Origin: Myxococcota bacterium
GTDB taxonomy: Bacteria; Myxococcota_A; UBA796; CAJQPC01
Assembly (NCBI GenBank): GCA_036012755.1
Contig: DASCPX010000160.1
Span: forward strand, 32,001 to 96,000
Direction: 5' to 3'
DNA length: 64,000 nucleotides
This document shows positions 18,424-28,729 of the stretch, one piece after another; position 1 is the stretch's first letter; each line of letters starts with the position of its first letter. Position numbers and translations under genes: made by a program. Below the pieces are notes generated by a model. That model made no database searches, was not told the DNA's origin, and was given only the letters and a program-made list of their open reading frames with translations.

Positions 18424-19617
18424 TCAGGGGAGCTGGAAGAGCCAGACATCTCCTGAGTCGTCGGCGGCGATGCCCCCGAAGAAGCCCTCGCCCGCGACCA
18501 GCTCGGGGTAGGACAAGGCGACTCCTTCGCGCTCGAGGTCGCCGAGCCCGGCCCACTCCCCGCCGCTGCGCCAGGCGAGCCCGGACTCGTCGGTGGGCGA
18601 CGTCCAGCCCAAGAGCGCGCGGCCGTCTGGGGCGACCGCCATGTTCGGAGACGCCCTCTGACCCTCGAGCTCCGAGAGCACGGCGCTGCTCGGGCTCCAG
18701 CTCTCCCCTCCGTCCGTGCTGGTGGCCAGGAAGGTCTCGTACTCCCCCTCGACCCCGTCCGCCCAGATCATCAACAGCTCACCGCCGGGCTCCTCCGCGA
18801 GCCTGGGTCCCTGGACCGGGCAGTAGTTGATCACCGGATGCACGTCCCCCGCCGCGGTCCAGCTGTCGAAGCCGGCGTGACCAGAGGCCGCGTACATGTC
18901 GCGGATGTCGTCCTCGTTGTTCCGCCAGGCGAAGACCACGTCCGAGTTCTGGGTGAACAGCAGATCGTGGGCGCAGCACTCGCAAGGCACGCCGGGAGCG
19001 CCGGTGCTGACGGGCTCCAGCTCCCAGTCGGCGGTCTCGCGGGCGATGCCCTTCCAGCCGTTGTCCCAGCTCCCGGCCGGGAAGGCGTGGTAGGTGGCCC
19101 AGACGCTGCCGTCCGGAGCCAGGTGGGCTCGCAGGAAGATCCCCTCGAAGTGGAGGTCGCCGCGGCCCTCTCCGATCACGGCGAGCTCAGCGAAGTCCAG
19201 GGCGGTACGCGAGGAGCCGTAGACGACCTGCCGCTCGCCGGCGGACATGGACACGATCACCCTGTCGTCGTCCACGACGAGCTCCGGGTGCGAGGCCCCG
19301 TAGACAGACGCCGACCCGCTGGAGTTCACCACCACCGGCTCGCTCCAGTTCGTCCCGTCCACCGACGTGCTGACCCAGGCGTGGCCCGAGCGCACCCAGC
19401 TGGCGTAGAGCTCACCGTCGGGAGCCACCGCGAGGTCCGCCCCGGAGGCCCCGCCCTCGGCGGAGACGGCGGTCCAGCTCAGCTCCGAGGAGGGCTCGCC
19501 CGAGTCGGGGGAAGAGTCCGACGACGAGTCCCCAAGGGTCGAATCTCCGAGCTCCGAGTCTCGAGGGAGATCAGGATCAGGGGTAGCGCACGCGAGGAGG
19601 ATGACCACGGCGCTCAC
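18424..19617 (-). CDS. BNR/Asp-box (sialidase-like) beta-propeller lipoprotein
   Basis: Asp-boxes SVDGTNW and STDGGESW; PCECC and CPVQGP; MSAVVILLAC start. Confidence 0.7.
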   Translation of the reverse strand: MSAVVILLACATPDPDLPRDSELGDSTLGDSSSDSSPDSGEPSSELSWTAVSAEGGASGADLAVAPDGELYASWVRSGHAWVSTSVDGTNWSEPVVVNSSGSASVYGASHPELVVDDDRVIVSMSAGERQVVYGSSRTALDFAELAVIGEGRGDLHFEGIFLRAHLAPDGSVWATYHAFPAGSWDNGWKGIARETADWELEPVSTGAPGVPCECCAHDLLFTQNSDVVFAWRNNEDDIRDMYAASGHAGFDSWTAAGDVHPVINYCPVQGPRLAEEPGGELLMIWADGVEGEYETFLATSTDGGESWSPSSAVLSELEGQRASPNMAVAPDGRALLGWTSPTDESGLAWRSGGEWAGLGDLEREGVALSYPELVAGEGFFGGIAADDSGDVWLFQLP

Positions 19618-21455
19618 TGGGGATCACAAGGTCCGTCGCAGGGATGAACGAGCTCGCCCGTGGTGAAGAGGTGGCGGATCTGGTCGAAGGTCGCCTCCTG
19701 GAGCACCGCCGAGTTGTGGACGTTGTTGTCGGTCTCGGGGATGGTGTTCTCGTCAGGGGGGAAGTACTCGGCGAGGTCCTCTGGCACACGGATCTGGGTG
19801 AGCGCAGGCACGGTCACCGGGCCCTCGACCTCCTCGAGCCCGTAGACAGGGTCTGTAGCGGGTCCGAGCTGCACGGCGCCAATGCTGCGAACAAGCAGAT
19901 CTGTTGCGATATTGGGCACCTGGCAGTCCCCGATGGCCTCCTGCACGACCACGACCTTGTCCTGATCACGAAGCAAGGTGGCGATGCCAGCCGGGTCGCT
20001 GCGGTCGAAGTGCGACTGGACCAGGCCGAGGAACACGTTCTGGCCGAGCGGGTCAGCGTAGAGCAGGTCGATGAGCTGGTCGAGCTCCTCGAAGTGGACC
20101 GAGCGCTGGATCATGTTCGTCCAGCCCGCGCCGGGAACCGCGAGCACAGCGAGGCTGATCCGGTCGCTCAGGGCCACCTGTGAGGCCCCCTGGATTCCAC
20201 CCAGACTGATGCCGTAGTACCAGACCTGCTCAGGGTCCACCTCGACGCCCTCGATGCCCTCGATGACCGCCTCGACCAGCGTGAGGTTGTTCACATGGGA
20301 CTGTACGAGGCGATCGGTGACCAGGCTCACCCGAGACAGATCGGTGAGGACCTCGCTGATGATCAGGTCCCGGTCCCCGCTGCTCAGGCCGATCCAGTCC
20401 GTGGCGACGAGCACGGCGTCCAGCTCGGTGGACAGGGCCTGCACGTCGCTGTTCTCCAACATCCAGCGACCGTTGCCGAAGAGCCCGTGCCCGATGAGCA
20501 CCAGCGGCCTGGGACCGGTGGCCTCGGCGGCGGGGTAGACCATCGTGAAGTCATAGGGCCGGGGGTCGTCGATGCGCGCCACCTCCTCGCCGTCCCACTC
20601 GATCTCATTGAGATCGTTCAAGAAGTTAGGCGGGATGAAGGTCCCCTCGAGGATGGTGACGTCCTCGCCGTCGAGGACGGTGTCGATCTCGTAGGTGGGC
20701 ACGTCCTCTGCCAGCGCCTGCTCCTTCATCGAGGTGATGGGGCCAAGGACCTCGTGCTCGCTCGCGACCTGGAACTCCCAGGTCAACAGCAGCTCGTCCC
20801 GCTCCCAACCAGCGTCCGCGAGCACATCGAAGAGCGCTTCGTAGTCGGGACGGAGGGCCTCTATGACGTCCGAGTCTGTAGCGAGACCGTCGCGGAGGGC
20901 CTCGAAGGCGGCGGGCGAGGCGAAGGGCTCGCCGTCGATGTTCCGCAGGTCGGTGGTCAGCACGACGGCGTAGCGGTGCCCGAAGGCCATCGGCGTCATC
21001 GGGCGCACGATGAGCGGATGCCGGTCGCTGTAGCCTTCTCCGCGGTTGTTCTGGTCCATCTCGGCCAGCGCCGGGATGGCCTCTCCGGTGTCGGTGTCTA
21101 CCAGGGCGATGGCCGCCCCGGGTTGGACAGAGCCCTCCTGTGCACCCCACCCGTAGAGGAAGCTCGGGTCGACGTCAGAGCCAAGGGCGACCAGCGCCGG
21201 GCTGGCGGGCGAGACACCGTCGAAGCCGCTGTAGAGATCGATGTCGAGGGGGAGCTCGCCGTCGGGACCGTCCCAGTGCTCGTTGCCGTAGAGCGTGCGG
21301 ACGCCCGTCGGAGAGTCCGGATCGGGCTCCGTCCAGTACAGGCTGGGGAACGGCGTGAGGCAGTCGTCGCCCGTGGCCATCGGGTTGCAGTCCGGATCCG
21401 GATCCAGGTGAATCGGCTCATCTTTGGCACAGGCCAGGGTCAACAGCAGGGACAT
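19614..21455 (-). CDS. Alpha/beta-hydrolase (lipase-like) lipoprotein
   Basis: IGHGLFG, nucleophile elbow YGISLGG, GDCQVPN, late His (NVH); MSLLLTLAC start. Confidence 0.75.
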   Translation of the reverse strand: MSLLLTLACAKDEPIHLDPDPDCNPMATGDDCLTPFPSLYWTEPDPDSPTGVRTLYGNEHWDGPDGELPLDIDLYSGFDGVSPASPALVALGSDVDPSFLYGWGAQEGSVQPGAAIALVDTDTGEAIPALAEMDQNNRGEGYSDRHPLIVRPMTPMAFGHRYAVVLTTDLRNIDGEPFASPAAFEALRDGLATDSDVIEALRPDYEALFDVLADAGWERDELLLTWEFQVASEHEVLGPITSMKEQALAEDVPTYEIDTVLDGEDVTILEGTFIPPNFLNDLNEIEWDGEEVARIDDPRPYDFTMVYPAAEATGPRPLVLIGHGLFGNGRWMLENSDVQALSTELDAVLVATDWIGLSSGDRDLIISEVLTDLSRVSLVTDRLVQSHVNNLTLVEAVIEGIEGVEVDPEQVWYYGISLGGIQGASQVALSDRISLAVLAVPGAGWTNMIQRSVHFEELDQLIDLLYADPLGQNVFLGLVQSHFDRSDPAGIATLLRDQDKVVVVQEAIGDCQVPNIATDLLVRSIGAVQLGPATDPVYGLEEVEGPVTVPALTQIRVPEDLAEYFPPDENTIPETDNNVHNSAVLQEATFDQIRHLFTTGELVHPCDGPCDPQ

Positions 21456-21530
21456 GGGGTGCCATCGTAGTCAGCGCTTGTAAGAACTGCTCGTGCAACC
21501 CGTTGTCCGGTCCACCCCGGAGGCCGTCCG

Positions 21531-22453
21531 ATGATCTTCTGCTCGCCTGTGTCCAGAAGACACCCCCTACCCGGCCGGTCGTACAGCCCCTCGGACCGGT
21601 GACGGAGTACCCCGTCGCCTGGGGCGACAGCCTGTGGGAGATCGCCTGGCGCTACGGCGTCCCTGGCGGCTACGAGGCCATCGCCGAGGCCAACGACATC
21701 GCCAACCCTCACTGGATCCTCGCCGGGGATCGCCTGCGGATTCCCGGGCTGGTGCCGGGCACCCTGTCGGCCTGGCCTGTCGAGCAGCCAGTTCCCACCT
21801 CGCTGAAGTCCTGCGACGTCGACGTCACAGAGGCCCTCCACCTCACCTCGAGCCTGCCCCCGACCTGCGAGCTCCGCGTCGTCGAGGCCCAGCTGGACCA
21901 GGACCGCGATCTCGAGCGCCTGATCGGCTGCAAGGTCGACGACAACGACTACGAGATGTCCACCTGGCAGGTCGTGCTGGTCGATGGCCCCCGGGAGACC
22001 GAGCCCTTCGAGCTCGCCGTCTTCGGCGAGGGCAGCGTCGTGGAGGGGCCGATGGGCTGCGAGCTGCTCGCGACCCGCTGGGTGGAGGCGCCGCTCGGAA
22101 TGTCGACCAGCTGGCACCTGACCGGGCGACGCATGCGGCTGGTGGACGGGCAGCTGTCCTTCTCCTCCGACGAGCTGCGCAGCCGGCGGCTGCTCTTGTC
22201 CTTCGACGTCTCGACCCCGGAGCAGGACCTCTCGGACCGAGACGCCCGGGTACGGAGCATCGAGCCGATGCTCCAGGGTGTGCACATGCCGCCCTACCAG
22301 GCGCCCTGGGGCGCGAGGTACGACGAGCTCGGCGATTCTAGAACCGGCCTGCTCTACCCCAAGAGCTACCTGCCTCCGAACCCACCGGCGACCGTCGACA
22401 TCCAGGCGATCCGGGTGGGCGCGTGGGAGCAGATCACGGTCGCCTGGATCTGA
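21531..22453 (+). CDS. LysM peptidoglycan-binding lipoprotein; apparent 1-bp deletion just after the start codon
   Basis: YPVAWGDSLWEIAWRYG..IAEANDIANPHWILAGDRLRIP; GGAGG then ATG at 21531; adding one C gives ATG ATC CTT CTG CTC GCC TGT (MILLLAC). Confidence 0.75.
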
Positions 22454-24001
22454 TCACTCCGGCTGGATCTCCGCCCGGAGATCCTCGAGCGCCGTGATGT
22501 AGCGGGGGGTCCGTACGTCGAGATCCACGGGGCGCTCGGCCTCCGACAGCGCTCGATCGATCACCGCCAGCGCCTTGTCCCCTTCGCCGAGGGCGACGAG
22601 GATGTCCGCCTCGCGCTTGGCCGCCCGCAGGGCCTGGTCTCCGTAGGCCAGCGCTCGCGCCGCAGAGGACCAGGCGAGGGCCTCGTCGTAGCGCTCCTCC
22701 TTCAGCAGGATGCCGGCTCCGGCGTAGAAGAAGGTGAACTCGTGGGGGTATGCGCTGGCGGCGTCGCTCAACAGGTCCATGGCCCGGTCCCCCTCGCCGG
22801 CCGCCTGGTAGAGCGACGCGAGGTAGGTGTAGTAGGGCCGGTCCAGGGCCGGGTCGCCGCTGAGCGCGCCCGCCAGCGCCGAGGCCGCGGCTGCGTAGAG
22901 GGCCGGCTGAGCAGCCTCGGGGACGTAGTCGGCGAGCACGTCGATCAGCTCGGCGGCGAGGACCCCTTCGGCGTCGACGAGAGCTCGGCGAATGGTCGCG
23001 GTGAAGGCGGCTGCCGCCTCCTCCGAGAGCTCTACATCGGCCCACCACACCCACTCGTAGAGTCGGTCCCGGCCGTGCTCGGAGAGCCAGAGCACGTCCT
23101 CCTCGGCGGGGTCGACCCTGAGCCGGGCGATGCGGAGATCGACGCTGTCCTCTGAGGCGCTCTCGATGACCGCGCGGGCCTCCTCCTCGCGGCCGTCACG
23201 GATCAGGCGCAGGGCCACCTCGGACCTCTCCGCAAGGGACAGCTCGGCGTCCTGTAGGAGCTCGTCGACGGGGACCAGATCGCGCCCGGTGGAGCGCAGC
23301 CAGGCCAGGAACTCGGCCTCGCTCAGGTAGCCGACGTGGCGGTCGATCTCGGTGCCATCAGGCCGGGCGACGACCACGGTCGGGTAGCCGCCGACCCCAT
23401 AGCGATCCTTCCATGTCCAGCTGGAGGCGAGGTCGACGTCGATCTCGGTGAGCGCGAAGCCGTCGAGATCAGCCGCGTTGGCCGGATCGTGCAGGACCTC
23501 GGCGGAGAGCTGGTTGCAGGGCGGGCACCACACGGCTCCGAAGTCGATCAGGACGAGCTCGCTCTCGACGCGGGCCTGCTCGAAGGCCTCCTCGGGGCCG
23601 AGGCCGGCAGACTCGATGTGGACCTCGACGGGGGGCGTGGGGGCGTAAACGCCCAGGTATTCGCTGCCTCTGCACCCATCGACGGTGCCCAGGAAGGCGA
23701 GCTCCACCGGGCGACAGGCAGTGCCCCCGTCCTCGCAGAGGCTGAGCGCCAGCTGGCCTTGGACGACCCTGGGCTCCTTGCCCGGCAGCGCCAGGGCCAG
23801 CCCGGGCTCCAGCGCGTCACCAAGGGTGGAGACCCCGATCCGCCGGGAGTCGACCTCCACCCATCCGCTGGCGGGGGCGTCGGGGGCGATGTGCTCGCCT
23901 GGGGGCGGGTCGACGACCAGGAGCCCGAGCTCCTTCTTCCAGGACAGCTCGACAGAGGGCAGCCCTTCAGCGAGTGCGAGCGTGGACAGGGCGAGGATCA
24001 C
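22454..24001 (-). CDS. Secreted thioredoxin-family protein with C-terminal TPR-like region
   Basis: IDFGAVWCPPC, GYPTVVV; N-terminal domain with LCEDGGTAC; GTGA coupling to ftcD. Confidence 0.8.
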   Translation of the reverse strand: MILALSTLALAEGLPSVELSWKKELGLLVVDPPPGEHIAPDAPASGWVEVDSRRIGVSTLGDALEPGLALALPGKEPRVVQGQLALSLCEDGGTACRPVELAFLGTVDGCRGSEYLGVYAPTPPVEVHIESAGLGPEEAFEQARVESELVLIDFGAVWCPPCNQLSAEVLHDPANAADLDGFALTEIDVDLASSWTWKDRYGVGGYPTVVVARPDGTEIDRHVGYLSEAEFLAWLRSTGRDLVPVDELLQDAELSLAERSEVALRLIRDGREEEARAVIESASEDSVDLRIARLRVDPAEEDVLWLSEHGRDRLYEWVWWADVELSEEAAAAFTATIRRALVDAEGVLAAELIDVLADYVPEAAQPALYAAAASALAGALSGDPALDRPYYTYLASLYQAAGEGDRAMDLLSDAASAYPHEFTFFYAGAGILLKEERYDEALAWSSAARALAYGDQALRAAKREADILVALGEGDKALAVIDRALSEAERPVDLDVRTPRYITALEDLRAEIQPE

Positions 24002-24882
24002 GGTTTCTCCAGGGCGATCTCGAGGATCTTGTGTTCACAGGCAGGCGGCAGCGCGAGGTTGGCGAGACCCGCCGCGACCGTCTCCCCCGCCGCGAACACG
24101 GCTGCAAGGGGAATCATGCCGACGAGCTCCGCGCCGAGCACCTCGACCCCCCGCGCGGCGGCCTCGTCCCGAACCGCGGCGAGCAGGGCATGGGGAGGCG
24201 TAGTGGGCCAGTCGACCAGGTTCGTGGTCACCTGCGTGCCGCTGCGAGAGGGGCTCTTCCAGCCGAGGGCGCGAACCCCGGGCAGGCCGGGTGGATCTCC
24301 GAACTCTCGAAGGCGCCGGGCGATCCCGCGGGCGATGCGGACGTCCGCGCTGTCGAGGTCGACGTTGTAGGCGATGAGCACACCCCGAGCGCCGATGGCG
24401 ACGGCGCCGGCCGAGGGGTGCTTGCGACGGGGACCGAAGTCCGGCGCCGTGCTGCGGAGCTTGTCGTCGAGCCCCTCGAACTGTCCACGGCGCACATCGG
24501 CCAGGAGCACGTCCCCGCCGTAGAACCAGCCGGGGAGATCGGCGGGCAGCGCTGTGGCGAGCCGTCGTGCGAGTTGGCTGCAGAGCTCCAGGTCCCCGTC
24601 GGGGAAAGGCGAAAAGGGCACGACATCCGCTGCCCCCATGCGGGGATGGGTGCCCTCGTGCCTCCTCATGTCGATGTGGGCCACGGCGGCCTCGACGCAG
24701 CGGCGAGCTCCTTGCAGCACCGCATCCGGCTCGCCGACGAAGGTCAGCACCGTGCGGTTGGTGTCCCAGTCCGGGTCGACCTCCAACAAGCGCACCCCGG
24801 GCGTGTCGTCGACGGCCCGGGCGACCGCGTCGATCGTCTCGGGGTCGCGACCCTCGGAGATGTTGGGGACACACTCGATCAC
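23998..24882 (-). CDS. ftcD: Glutamate formimidoyltransferase
   Basis: ECVPNISEGR, HEGTHPRMGAADVVPF, GARGVLIAYNV, ELVGMIP. Confidence 0.9.
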   Translation of the reverse strand: MIECVPNISEGRDPETIDAVARAVDDTPGVRLLEVDPDWDTNRTVLTFVGEPDAVLQGARRCVEAAVAHIDMRRHEGTHPRMGAADVVPFSPFPDGDLELCSQLARRLATALPADLPGWFYGGDVLLADVRRGQFEGLDDKLRSTAPDFGPRRKHPSAGAVAIGARGVLIAYNVDLDSADVRIARGIARRLREFGDPPGLPGVRALGWKSPSRSGTQVTTNLVDWPTTPPHALLAAVRDEAAARGVEVLGAELVGMIPLAAVFAAGETVAAGLANLALPPACEHKILEIALEKP

Positions 24883-25754
24883 GACGACTCCTTCGTCGCG
24901 CGGCCCTCGAAGACCTCGACGCAGAGCCCGATCGCGGAGACCCTGGCGGCGATGTCGTCGAGCTCCGGCCGAGGCAGGCAGGTGAACCCGTGCCGCGCGG
25001 GGGGGCGGGCGATGCTGTAGACCTGCACCAGCTCGATGACGCCCCGATCCGCGATCCGCGCGAGGTTGTCCGACCAGGCGTCGAGCTCGGCGCTGGAGGG
25101 CCCGGTGCCCAGGAAGCGGAGGAACATCGACTGGATGACCAGCGGGCGCTCTTCGGCACAGGACTCCAGGTTTCGCAGGATCCGCGACAGCGGCGTCGTC
25201 GTGCCGGCGACGAACTGGAACCAGGCCTCTGTGCCGGCATCGAGCTTCGCCCAGACCCTGCCGCCGAGGTCATCGAGGGTGCGCAGCGCCTCGGCGACGG
25301 CGGGCCGATGCAAGAGCGTGGCGTTGGTGAGCACGACGGGTGTGACCTCGTCGAGTCCGTGGCGCTGTAGCAGCCGGCCCGCGATGCGCAGGGCCTCGTG
25401 GAAGCCGCCGAAGGCCGTGGGCTCCCCATCCCCGGCGAAGGCCACGTCGTTGACGCGCCGGAGCTGCTGGGCGGTGGTGTCGAAGGGCGGGGTGACCCAC
25501 AAGCGGCCGCTAGCCGCCAGGCCGAGCAGCGAATCGAGCTCGCGTTCGAGCAGGCCGAGATCGACGTCCACGACCAGCGGCGCCTGGCGTCTATCGACCT
25601 GGCAGTAGGGACAGTCGAAGTTGCAGACCCCGTCGGGGTTGAGGTTCACCCCGACGGACAGGCCCTTGGAGCGCCTCGAGACCACCGGGTAGACGTAGGC
25701 GTTGTCGCCCAGGGCTCGCCGGTGGTCGCTGAAGTCGAGGGTCCGCTGTCTCAC
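24879..25754 (-). CDS. Radical SAM protein of unknown function
   Basis: YVYPVVSRRSKGLSVGVNL, CNFDCPYCQ, FAGDGEPT, KLDAG. Confidence 0.85.
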   Translation of the reverse strand: MRQRTLDFSDHRRALGDNAYVYPVVSRRSKGLSVGVNLNPDGVCNFDCPYCQVDRRQAPLVVDVDLGLLERELDSLLGLAASGRLWVTPPFDTTAQQLRRVNDVAFAGDGEPTAFGGFHEALRIAGRLLQRHGLDEVTPVVLTNATLLHRPAVAEALRTLDDLGGRVWAKLDAGTEAWFQFVAGTTTPLSRILRNLESCAEERPLVIQSMFLRFLGTGPSSAELDAWSDNLARIADRGVIELVQVYSIARPPARHGFTCLPRPELDDIAARVSAIGLCVEVFEGRATKESS

Positions 25755-26205
25755 TGGTGAGGGATATCCGGCTGGCGAGCAGGCCAGCCGGCCTCGACGA
25801 GGGCCACGGCGAGCGCCTCTGCATAGGCCTCATTCGTCACGGCGGTCGGGTGGAGCTCGTCCAGGAAGGCCTCGTCCTCGGAGAGACCCTGCTCGCGGAG
25901 CACCGAGCAGGCGTCGACGTGGGCGAGCGCGCCGGCTGCCTCCATGGCTTCGAACCAGGGATCCCAGGGGTGCTCGCCGCCGGCCAGGCGCAGGCGGCTG
26001 CAGGGAGCCAGCGTGACGAGGTCGGCGTCGTGAGCGACAGCCCAGTCCGACAAGCGCTGCTGGTTCTCCGCGTACTCCACGACCGGCACACGCGCGGCAG
26101 CCTCTGCGTGGGGGCTCCTCACCCATCCCACGGGCAGGCGAGTCGTCCCCGCGCGCTGGCTCTCGATGCGGCCGGCAAGTGCGCTGTGGCCGGTCAGCCA
26201 GCGCC
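25751..26205 (-). pseudogene. C-terminal fragment of an SGNH/GDSL hydrolase
   Basis: WLTGHSAL..RVPVVEYAEN..FLDELHPT (DxxH); the N-terminal half is absent and the fragment abuts the response-regulator fragment. Confidence 0.6.
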
Positions 26206-26531
26206 ACGACGTCCCGACAGGTGGCGTTGTCGAGGGGCTTGGCGAGGTAGTCGAAGGCCCCCTCCTTCATCGCCTCGACCGCGCTGTCCACGGAGCCGTG
26301 AGCCGTGATCAGCACGACGGGGACGCCACGCCCCCGCATGCGGCGCAAGAGCTCCATGCCGTCCATGCCCGGCATCCGCAGGTCCGTGAGCAGCACGTCG
26401 ACCTCGGACTGTGCGGAGAGGAAGTCGACCGCGCTCTCGTAGGTCGAGACCTCGTGACCGGCCCGCCGCAGGACCATGCCCAGGATGTGGCCCATCCGGG
26501 GTTCGTCGTCGACGATCGCGATGCGACTCAT
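26200..26531 (-). pseudogene. NtrC-type response regulator, receiver domain only
   Basis: IAIVDDE, LLTDLRMPGMDG, ITAHGSVDSAVEAMKEGAFDYLAKP; homology stops at RDVVA; ATGA coupling to the kinase. Confidence 0.75.
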
Positions 26532-27346
26532 TCGAGCTGGATCCGGAAGCCGCCAGAGGACTGGAGCGACAGGGTACCGCCGTCGGCCTCGACCAGCCTT
26601 CGCGCCATCGCCAGGCCAAGCCCCGTGCCCCAGGCCTTGGTGGTGAAGAAGGGCTCGAAGATCTGCTCTCGCAGCTCCTCCGGAACGCCGGGTCCGTCGT
26701 CCTCGACGACCAGGGTGCCGGCCTCGGCTCGTACGGCCACGGAGCGGGCTCCCGCCTGGGCGGCGTTGAGCAACAGCCCCAGGACCACGCGATCGAAGAG
26801 GGTGGGGAGCTCCATCGGAGCCGAGATGGAGACCTCGACCCCATCGAGCTGCCCGCCGGCCAGGGCGACAGCGCGACGGATGACCTCCTCGCCGGAGGCC
26901 GAACCCCCGATCCGACGGACAGGGCGCGAGAAGTCGAGGATGTCCCCGACGAAGGCATCGAGCCGGTCGACCTAGTCGACGATGAACTGGCATGCCTCTT
27001 CGGCGTCGGGACCGGAGACCTCTTCTGCGAGGACCTCGGCCGAGCTGCGGATCACACCCAGTGGATTGCGCACCTCGTGGGCGACTCCCGCCGCCATGCG
27101 CCCGAGCGAAGCCAGCTTCTCGCTCTCGACGAGCTGGCCCTGCTGGTCCTGGAGCTCCGCCCGCAGCTCGAACTGGCGCCCGATCATCCACCCGAGCGCG
27201 GCGAAGGTGAGCGCGTAGACGCCCATGACCGGCCAGGTGACGACGTACTCGCCCGCCATCATCTCGATACCGAGGAGCTCCATCCCCAGCGCATCCACCA
27301 GGCCCAGGCCACACCCGAGCGCTGCGCCGATCCAAGGCTTCCTCAC
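26528..27346 (-). pseudogene. Sensor histidine kinase with an in-frame TAG at 26972-26974
   Basis: Two TM segments, [15 protein letters not shown] (Glu expected), LLNAAQA, DDGPG, PFFTTK, GTGLGL, all in one frame. Confidence 0.8.
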
Positions 27347-27425
27347 ACCCTTGCCCTAACAGGCTGGCCTCGCCTCCTCGCGCCTCGCTGACAGGGACTG
27401 TGGACGAGACCAGCCATGAGCTGTT

Positions 27426-27728
27426 TCAGGCCACCTTCAGCGCACCTTCGCGCCGGATGAGGTAGGCCAGGAAGCCGACGGACCCGGTGCCGATGGTCGC
27501 GGCGACCCAGGGCAGGGGCGACAGGCCGAGCTTCCTGGCGTCGCGCCACATCCAGACCAGCGCCAGCGCCACGAAGATGGCGAAGTCAGCGGCTGTCTGG
27601 ATGTTCGCCGGGGTGGCGAAGGCCGCCTCGATGATGGGCATTACGCCGCCGCTGGACCAGATGGACCAGGCGGAGACCGCGACGAAGTCGACCAGGACGA
27701 ATGAGAGAAGAACCTGCTTTGTGTTCAC
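27426..27728 (-). CDS. Small membrane protein, DUF2834-like
   Basis: Three hydrophobic segments, WMWRDARKLG, GFLAYLIRR; GGAGG before the GTG. Confidence 0.7.
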   Translation of the reverse strand: MNTKQVLLSFVLVDFVAVSAWSIWSSGGVMPIIEAAFATPANIQTAADFAIFVALALVWMWRDARKLGLSPLPWVAATIGTGSVGFLAYLIRREGALKVA

Positions 27729-27761
27729 GAGACCTCCGTTGTTGGTGTCACCTGGGCTTTC

Positions 27762-27776
27762 GCAAACGGCGTGCCA
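27762..27776 (-). promoter_or_regulatory. Sigma-54 -24/-12 promoter
   Basis: TGGCACGCCGTTTGC matches TGGCAC-N5-TTGC, 33 nt upstream of the GTG at 27728. Confidence 0.85.
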
Positions 27777-27826
27777 GCCCGAGACCGCCTGCCAGGGCTC
27801 GTGGACGAACCCTCCGTGGCCCATGC

Positions 27827-27842
27827 GCAACGTCGGCGTTGC
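27827..27842. promoter_or_regulatory. Candidate enhancer-binding-protein site
   Basis: Perfect inverted repeat GCAACG-tcgg-CGTTGC about 50 bp upstream of the sigma-54 box. Confidence 0.45.
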
Positions 27843-27895
27843 AAGGCCGCGACACCCGGCTTACCGACCAGACCAAACTCATCGACGAGAACAAG

Positions 27896-28729
27896 ATGCT
27901 CCTTCTCCTTGGCCTGCTCGCTTGCGAGACGGACGTGGCCCGGATCCCCGGCGACCTCCCTCGCACCGGCGAGACCCTCGAGACCGTCAACGGCAAGCCG
28001 GTCACCCGCAGCATGCTGGACGCCCACCTCCGCGCGATGCCCGAAGAGGTCCGCGCCCAGGTCGAGGAGCAGGGCCAGGTCGACCAGCTCCAGGAGCAGG
28101 TCGTGGTCCAGGAGATGCTCGTCCAGGAGGCGCTCGCTCAGGACCTCCACGACGACGAGGACGTGAAGCTGATGCTGCTCATCGCAGAGCGTGAGGCCCT
28201 CGTCGAGGCGCTGTTGCGCAAGGTCGCGGCGGAGCGCACGACCGACGAGGCGCTCCAGGCCTACTACGACGAGCACAAGGTCCAGTACCGCAAGGACGAG
28301 GTGAAGCTCAGCCAGATCGTGACCAACGACCTGGAGACCGCAGAGGCCGCGGTGGCCGCCGCTGGTGTCGAGGGCGCGGCCTTCTCCGCCGTCGCCGGCG
28401 AGTACTCCATCGACCCTCGGGCGAAGGAAAACGGCGGCGAGGTGGGCTGGGTCAGCAAGCGGGAGATGCCACCGCAGCTCCAGGCAGCCCTGACAGAGGC
28501 CAAGGCCGGCGACATCGTCGGACCCATCGAGGTCCCTGGGGCCGTGCTCGTGTTGTTCATCGAGGACGCCCGTGAGCTCGTCCCCTTCGAGGACGTGCGA
28601 GATGAGCTCGAGCCGCAGGTCCAGCAGGCCGAGGTCCGCGCCTACGTCGAGGAGCTCCGCGACACGACCATCGCTCCCCAGGCGACCCTGGGCGCGCCAG
28701 AGCTGCCGGCCGCTCCAGAGGGCGGATGA
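27896..28729 (+). CDS. Parvulin/PpiC-type peptidyl-prolyl isomerase lipoprotein
   Basis: TVNGKPVT, AGEYSID..NGGEVGW, GDIVGPI, PFEDVRDE; MLLLLGLLAC start. Confidence 0.85.
   Translation: MLLLLGLLACETDVARIPGDLPRTGETLETVNGKPVTRSMLDAHLRAMPEEVRAQVEEQGQVDQLQEQVVVQEMLVQEALAQDLHDDEDVKLMLLIAEREALVEALLRKVAAERTTDEALQAYYDEHKVQYRKDEVKLSQIVTNDLETAEAAVAAAGVEGAAFSAVAGEYSIDPRAKENGGEVGWVSKREMPPQLQAALTEAKAGDIVGPIEVPGAVLVLFIEDARELVPFEDVRDELEPQVQQAEVRAYVEELRDTTIAPQATLGAPELPAAPEGG

Noticed and set aside
26972..26974. Amber recoding in the histidine kinase
   Set aside because: A single GAG-to-TAG change explains it; TAG is a normal stop for many genes here; the partner regulator is also broken.
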